A stretch of 64,000 nt of DNA from the human T2T-CHM13v2.0 reference genome, Homo sapiens. The position numbers were made by a program, and so were the translations under genes. Every line of letters starts with the position of its first letter. The first letter of the stretch is position 1. Shown here piece after piece: positions 55,321-64,000 of the stretch. The stretch lies in assembly GCF_009914755.1 (NCBI RefSeq), contig NC_060937.1; one strand, written 5' to 3'. The notes below the pieces were generated by a model. That model ran no database searches. It saw only the letters and a list, made by a program, of their open reading frames with translations, and was not told the origin of the DNA.

Positions 55321-57780
55321 CATTGTAATTCGCTGCTACATGAGAGAATGTAAAGGTTCTTCTTTGCATGATAACTTTAAAGGTAATAAAGTGGACACTC
55401 TTAAAAGATACTACTTGCAGAGGCATAATGAATTTTATAAGAAGAGTCAAAAATAATCTGTAAAACTTATCACCTAAAATCTGAATTAAAGTAGAATAGA
55501 AGTTTCTTAATTTTAAACAAAATCTGAGCTTGTAAATTTGGAGAGGTGCAAAATACAAATAAGAAAACACTTTTTAGCTGAGGTATTCACTCAATATTTA
55601 AGTTATATACATCTTAGAAATGTCGGAGAAAAGACAAATTTTTTTTTGTAAAAGTGAGAGACATTTATTAAACATTCAAACAATTAATTGCCTATAGAAT
55701 ACAAAACCTAGTTAATAATATGATAGATCAAAGGATTCAAAATTTGAAAAATTATATGTAGCTTTCTTTAGATTGAGTTCATGATATGAGACATTGACAA
55801 ATTAATGTTGGGCATATGTTTTGTTTCAAATGACTTGTAGATTTAAGAAGAAATGTAATCAATTTGTGTCATATGAAATCAAACCATGGCACAGATGTTT
55901 TACAATCATTTTGTCTCAGTATATTAAAAATAGGTTTTATTATCTTTGACCATGCTTTAGCTATATAGCTAAAATTTTGGCCTGGGATTTTAATACAAGA
56001 GACAGATAATTCTCTTATTGAATATGTTTGCCTCCATGGTACATATTAAACTTTTGTGCTCAGTTCTCTGAAATGGACACTCTATCCTGAGTGCAGTTGT
56101 AAAGAGTGTATTATGTATACATCCAGATGGTATGAATAATTGCTAGGTTATGAAAATGTTAAAAAAAAAAAGACTATACTTTTTAAATCTTGTGTTTACT
56201 TGTCAATGCTTATTTGGGTGAGTTGTGGAAAAGTTTACAAAAATTTACAGTTAATTCCTCTTTAAGATTTTCTTGGAACAATAAGAATATTTGCCAAATA
56301 ATTATCAAAGACAAAAAACACAGCGGTTTGATATATGTTTACTTAATAATATCACCCTGCATATAGTAATCTATAAGAATTTATGTCTACATAAAAACTT
56401 TCTTAATAAAATATATCGTCATCATCTTATACACTTTTCCAATGTCCATCAACATGCAGATGATTTTAATTGTGATGGACAGGGACAGTGTTATGGCAGC
56501 AACAACTACAAGGAAAATTTAAGAATGTTTCTTTGGTATTAATACCCCCAAAATTTCTTTTCAATTTTTCTTTTCAATTTATGCAATATCCTTTTGAATT
56601 CGATGTTAATTACAACAAATTGACTTTAGTATGAGTAAATTTCCTTAACTTGTGTAGAGTTTTTAAAGTAATATACTATTACTTTGAAACCAGATTCATT
56701 ATTCTAAAAAAATGAAAAAGTGCCATTAATGTGTATGTGAATATCAATAGAATAAAAAGTTTGGTATTTGATCTAGTTATCATAATACTTTTAAGTATAT
56801 TAACTATATTTGAGTATGTAAGTTTACTGCTTTAATTGTATATTTTATGCCACCTAAATATAGGTCAACTATTCCTGATAAAATTTTAGCTCTGAATTGA
56901 GATATTTTATAAATGTGAAATAAAAGATGGAAACTGAGTTCGAAAAAAAGAATCTCATCTATTTCATTTATCATTTATATGAATTTTATGTAGAATAATA
57001 ATACTTAGAATATAATATTTTCAAATTATATTATACTTAGATTAACTCACCTATTTCTTTTTTTAATGTGACAATAAACATTTTCAAACTACACATGGGA
57101 ATCAATTTCTTTTCCTATCATACAGTGTTGCTGTACTATAATGAATTTAAGGTATAATTGTAGGTATGTCATAATACCTTCAGGCTAATTACTTCATTAA
57201 AATGAACACAATTTTTTAAAGAACATTCTTTCTAGAGACCACAACATGGTCTCTAGTATTTTTGAATTAATAATCAATGTAAAAATGTCTAAAGCAAATA
57301 GTTGTTTTTTTCTTAAGAGGTCTAAAGACTGGTCAAAGTGATTTTCCACAGAATTTCAATAACTATTGCATTGAAAAAAATAGTCACAAAGAAAAGTTAC
57401 CTCCAAAGGACTTTATCTTATTATTTAACTTCAAATTTCCATTTATTTATTACTCCTTTATATGCTAAGCAATTTTCTAAACAGAAAATGTCTACATTCA
57501 TCACATTTTATATGCAGTTCGATTATCATATATTAAAACTGTTCATGTTGGCAATAATAGATACTTGAAAAGCTGCGGAGACCATGAGAATCAAAGGGGT
57601 TACTGATCAGCCGCTTCCTCACAGAATTAGATGTGTGCATGCACTTGTGTGCTTTTTAGTACTCATTTTAAACTTTTTTTCCATATATAAAACCACGTTC
57701 TAAGACAGTTGACTAGTGGAAATTACTGACATTGCATGTGAGCCTTGGAATAAAACTGCTAGGTCAAAAAATATAAAACC

Positions 57781-58229
57781 TTTATTGCGGCACTATTCAC
57801 AATAGCAGAGACTTGGAACCAACCCAAATGTCCCACAATGATAGACTGGATTAAGAAAATGTGGCACATATACACCATGGAATACTATGCAGCCATAAAA
57901 AATGATGAGTTCATGTCCTTCATAGGGACATGGATGAAATTGGAAATCATCATTCTCAGTAAACTGTCGCAAGAACAAAAAACCAAACACCGCATATTCT
58001 CACTCGTAGGTGGGAATTGAACAATGAGAACACATGGACACAGGAAGGGGAACATCACACTCTGGGGACTGTTGTGGGGTGGGGGGAGGGGGGAGGGATA
58101 GCACTGGGAGATATACCTACTGCTAGATGACGAGTTAGTGGGTGCAGCGCACCAGCATGTCACATGTATACATATGTAACTAACCTGCACATTGTGCACA
58201 TGTACCCTAAAACTTAAAGTATAATAATT

Positions 58230-58232
<3 letters not shown>
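57781..58232 (+). mobile_element. Young L1PA2/PA3-like 3' end (about 450 bp) with an (AT)n-converted tail
   Basis: CGCAAGAACAAAAAACCAAACACCGCATATTC and GATGACGAGTTAGTGGGTGCAGCGCACC (GAG, not the L1-Ta ACA); near-TSD ATATAAAACCT / ATATATAACCT. Confidence 0.95.
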
Positions 58233-58268
<36 letters not shown>

Positions 58269-58560
58269 CCTATATTTTCATTGATGGCTTTAGTTAACTA
58301 TGATAAAATTGATTGTAAGAAAAACATGTATATCAGATTTAAAACAAAATGTATTTGAGGGAACGAATTGAGAAAGAATATGTTTGTGGGAGTTTGTAAC
58401 AATGTTTCTAAGAAAACTCAACTTTTGGGAAATATTTGGAATCATCTGAAAGTCTAGATACATTTAATACATTTGTATTAACTGCTTTATCAGGATTTAA
58501 TTGACAAACTGTACATGTAAAATGTGAAATTGTATAAGTTTTGACATTTGTATGTACAAG

Positions 58561-59010
58561 TTGATCATAGGCATTGGATCATTCTTGTGATACTTAACTA
58601 AAACAGAGTTGAAATGCCAGAAGATAGAGGCACTCAGGACTTAGAACATTGCCCCAAAAATGTAATTATCTGCAAGCCTGGCTGCTGACACTGCCTTTTG
58701 TAATCTGAAACCGGTTTCACCTAATAGCTACTGAAATGACTAACCACAACTCTAAGACTAATTTATCTACCTCCATCACTCACCAATCTAAACTTGCTAG
58801 CTCCCTAGACCCTTACTAGTGCCAATAAACTTTCTCAAAGGGAAATATATAACATTTCTCCTTTTTGTAAAAATTCCAAACACCTCTTTGTTTTTGGAAT
58901 ATGCCCAAAGGCACTAGTCTGCATGTGTGTTCTTAATTGCGATTCTTTATTCCCAAATAAAATATTAATTTTAGAGATTTATCTCTACATTTTTACTTTT
59001 ACTTCAACTT
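58561..59010 (+). mobile_element. ERV1-class LTR (MER67/MER34-like; name tentative)
   Basis: CTGCAAGCCTGGCTGCTGA, CACTCACCAATC and TTCCCAAATAAAA. Confidence 0.7.
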
Positions 59011-59089
59011 GTCTATGTCAAGAAACTGAAGGATCTGAGGTTTTTTTACTGATAAGCTAACAGGTTCACATAATTACTTTGTGATTATC

Positions 59090-59880
<791 letters not shown>

Positions 59881-61244
59881 GTGTGTGTGTGAGTTTGCAC
59901 ATAACCAACTTCCATCAAAAACTACAAAATACATGTTTTCCACCTTTCCATATTACAACTGCATTCTCGTTGTATTCATAACTGAGCTAGATAATTTGAC
60001 TTGTACTTTAAGTTCTTCTAAAATCTCCATTTTCTGAGCTCTACTGCTTATTTCCTATTCCACGTTCTTTATCTGATATTAATTCTACTTTTATAATTCA
60101 AAGCCCTCATAAATGTGCCAATGACACCATCATAACACACTGAATGTCACGAGAAAACAGACTTCTGCTTTGTTGAAGATGGAGACTTGAGGATAAGTTA
60201 AGATGCTTAAGACCTCAAGCAATAACATCAAAAGAGTTGGTTACCTCACATAACAAGATGCTGGTAAATAGAGTAGTCCCGGGTTAACTCAGTAACTTGT
60301 ATTGTTGCTAGGAGCCTTGTGCGTCCAAGTTTACATGTTGCCATTCTAAGCATTTTAGTTTCATCCTAAGATTTATCTTCTTATGGGCTTAAAATGCTAC
60401 AACAACTCCAGATATTATATTCAACTGCACATGGTAGTAGGAAAATATAAAGATTCATGACTTCTCACTCTTTTTAAAATTGAGAAACTTTTCCAGAAAT
60501 ATCCCTAACAGACACTTCTCCCCTACGTCACTTGCCTGAACTAGCAGCATTTCTATTGCCAAATAATAACTGGTAAAGAAATGTGAGCATATTTTCCCCA
60601 GATGAAGATGGTCATTCAAAAAAGAAGAGTAAACAGAGTTATTTTCAGAAGGAATGAGCTGAGGAATAATTCCAGGGTAGGATAGGAACATCACAATAAT
60701 TCCACGTCGTTCACATTTGTTCACATGAACAAATACATGTTCATCATTGGTATAAAAATTATTTAAAGTGTGAAGTATATTGAATATACATTTAAAAAAT
60801 GGAAAATACGTCTTCTAACAAAGACATATATGCTTAATTTTATGCTTGATTTCTTAAATAGCAGAATTATATGAAAGGAAAGTTCTATTTGCAGTAGATA
60901 CAAAATCAAAGGTATTTGTCTGCATTTAATTGTTACTTTAGTATTCTTTAGTAGTAGTTGATTGGAGATTATTGTCCCACCTCAAAACAAAGTACCTTCA
61001 CTTACTTAACACAAATACTTTAATCACTCTTCCAGATACTGAGACTGTAGTAGTTTATGCTAGATGAGTTCTTCAGTCATAGTCAGCTAGCTTTTGTTGT
61101 CTCAGTAAAGTTTGAAAATGCCCACATTATCAGTGGTGGTCTAGTGACCAACCTCATCTAAGGCCCCTCTGGTTCTAGAACCTAAGAAATTATTCCTCTC
61201 ACTATGCAGATGAAGTAGACATAAAGATATGAATTACCTTAAAT

Positions 61245-61461
61245 GGCAGTTAGAAAATATGGCCCATGGGGAAAACTAGTCCACTGCATGCTTTTGCAAG
61301 TAAGGTTTTCTTGGAACATAATCATACGGAGTCATTTGTGTATAATCACTACGTTCACTCTACCATGGCAGAACTGAAAAGTTGTGACAGAGATTGTAAT
61401 GCCACCAAAGCCTGCATTATTGTCACCTAACGCTTTAAAGAAAAATAATTGCTGACCTCTG
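61245..61461. mobile_element. MER58A-like hAT MITE
   Basis: AAGTAAGGTTTTCTTGGAACA...GGCAGAACTGAAAAGTTGTGACAGAGA...TTGCTGACCTCTG; perfect 8-bp TSD CCTTAAAT at 61237-61244 and 61462-61469. Confidence 0.85.
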
Positions 61462-61831
61462 CCTTAAATCAAGAAGAAATGAAGATACGAGACACTTGAA
61501 AATATACTAAGTAAGGTAAACTGGGTAAGTTCTGTGATTCAACTGAAAAGAAATGTAATTCTGTCATCTCTGCATTCTTTCCTGCACATATTTTTTACTC
61601 TCTTTTATTTCCTGTATGTTATTTAGACTAAAACAAAAAGAGAATAGATTTTTGAAAAACATCCAACGGGCTTTTTTAAAGAAGTTTTCATATAGTGCAC
61701 ATACAAATACACATTCTAGAATATATAATTTAAAACAAGCTGGAGAACAGGATGGTGGAATATCAGTTATCTTATATGTTCTATATTCTTAACAAAACAT
61801 TGACTCTTCTTTCTATCCTTTCCATATGTAG

Positions 61832-61923
61832 GAGGAATATAGATCAGAAGACACCTCAGGACACTAAAAGGTGCCAGTGTAGTTACATATGCTGGCCATT
61901 TCTTGATACCAATGAGAATGCAG
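61832..61923 (+). other. Candidate 92-nt (probably non-coding) exon
   Basis: Branch-like TTGAC (61800-61804), pyrimidine tract and TAG acceptor; donor CAG|GTAAGG. Confidence 0.35.
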
Positions 61924-63408
61924 GTAAGGCCATTCTGAACAGTACCAGGCAATATGAATAGTATTTAATAAATACTATTTGACAATATGAATATCATTTA
62001 ATAAATATGAATAGTATTAGATCAATACTATTCATATTGAGATAAGATAAAGTAAGTTTCTTAATTTCTCCCAGGTTGAAATGATTAACTAATAAAGAGT
62101 ATATGGGGTGGGGAAAATAAGTAGATGCATCCTGTAATATCTAGCATGTAGTCATTTGAAGAACATTTAACATGCAATTTTTATTTTTTAAAAGCTGCAT
62201 TTGTTGTGTGTTTGTGTATGTAAGTGCGTGTGTGTGTTTGTGTCAAATGAAAAAATAAAAGTAGATCAGCAAACTCTCATGATTTCAAAATTTCCCAAAG
62301 CAAATTTATCTTATAGAAATAAAATATCGCTAATATCTCTATTGGCGTTAACAATATTCTAAAACTTTGCATATATTTGATTGAGTCAATATTTTGTAAA
62401 TGCTTTCTAGAAATCATTGATAATGAAGTTTAAAAAATAAATAAATAAATAAATGACAAATGAGAAATCTAGAAAGCCAATATGTTTTACTTTTACTGTT
62501 TCTTATTATATGCTTGAAACAACTTCAAAAAATATTCATAGACCTAGAATTATAATGATCAATGTCTGATATTTACTAAGATGACTTTTCCTAATTATTA
62601 TTAAATCTCAATTCTTTTCTTTTATGACATTTAGAGATATATAATAAAATCATTTATTAAAAAACAGAAAATTGTAAATATTTACCATAAACACAAAATT
62701 TTTATTATTATTATTATTGTAGAACAACATATGATTGAAAGACAAGGACTCACAGAAGCAAACAATAGCTTTCATGACCCTTTAAAATCTATTACAGACT
62801 GTAAGACCAGAAATATTGATCATCTGAAATTTGTTCTAAGCATTCTGATACCAACTATGGGAAATAGGGAATTTAGGATGAATGTCAAGCAATTAGAATA
62901 GATCTTGTTCTAAAACTTTTTTTACATAACATTTAAAAAATCATCTCAGAAACTATAGTGCTCTAATCATCTAATAAGAATTCCAGTGCAGTTTACTTCC
63001 TCCTTCTTGTTTAAGGGGGTAACCATGCTGTACATTTTACATTTCTTAAGGCAAATTTTCAGAAAGAAATATAGAAATAAGACATTCCCGTAGTCTATAA
63101 AAAATAACTTGACTCTATACTTAAAAAGCTATATTTTTTCTATTAAGAAATTATGTTTAGAGTAAATAATCATTACTCTATTAGTTAATAAGGAGAACTG
63201 CTTACAATTTGTTTCTAGCCAAAGAAAATTCTAAGCTAGAGATAGGATTAAGAAGTAACATCTTTGAGCACAAATCACATTAATGCGTACTGTTAAGGTC
63301 CTGCAGAGGATCTCCTGAATAATGCTTATTATCTGCTTTCCTTTCCATTCTCTTGTCACTACCTTATTTCAGTTTCTCCCTAATTTACGATTTCCTAGTT
63401 GTTTTTAG

Positions 63409-63715
<307 letters not shown>

Positions 63716-63787
63716 TGACCTTTCTGCATATAAACCTTTAAGGACTTCCTTCAACTTTAACAGCGTAGTACACATATAGTACATGAT

Positions 63788-64000
63788 TGCTATGTTTTGA
63801 AGGTTTGTCCCCTCCAAAACTCATGTTGGAAGTTAATTGCTGTTGTAACAATATTACGATGAGGGAACTTTCAGAGGTAATAGGGCCATGAAAGCACTGC
63901 CATTATGAGTGGGATTAATGCTATTGCGAAAGAGCAAGCTCAGATCCGTTTTGCTGCTTGGTTCTTCTGTCTTCTGCCATGTGAGCATCCAACCTTCCTC
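63788..64000 (+). mobile_element. MST(C/D)-like MaLR LTR, cut by the window edge
   Basis: TGCTATGTTTTGAAGGTTTGTCCCCTCCAAAACTCATGTTG start. Confidence 0.8.

Overview
This window is AT-rich, CpG-poor, non-coding primate genomic DNA, either intergenic or deep inside a long intron. An AluY and an L1PA2-like 3' end suggest human or great ape. I found no recognisable protein-coding exon, RNA gene, CpG island or prokaryotic feature; the ORF track consists of Alu/L1/LTR read-through and chance ORFs. Much of the window is layered transposon fossils: 17 Alu copies (most with target-site duplications, TSDs), L1s of several ages, L2/MIR, solo LTRs (THE1D, MST, MLT1, LTR16A, LTR33, MER21, two ERV1-type), an ERV-L pol remnant and a near-complete hAT/Charlie transposon carrying nested insertions. 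The most notable structures are: (1) two independent twin-priming 5'-inverted L1s, one of them an old L1M; (2) an Alu whose poly(A) tail is replaced by a G-quadruplex-like G/CpG tract; (3) several templated-insertion scars; (4) a self-complementary AT minisatellite grown from an AluJ tail; (5) a probable fossil hAT zinc-finger fragment; (6) two candidate non-coding exons, one resembling a recursive-splice site. I cannot support a claim of a new biological system. Subfamily names come from remembered consensus features and need RepeatMasker/Dfam confirmation; boundaries of old repeats are approximate.
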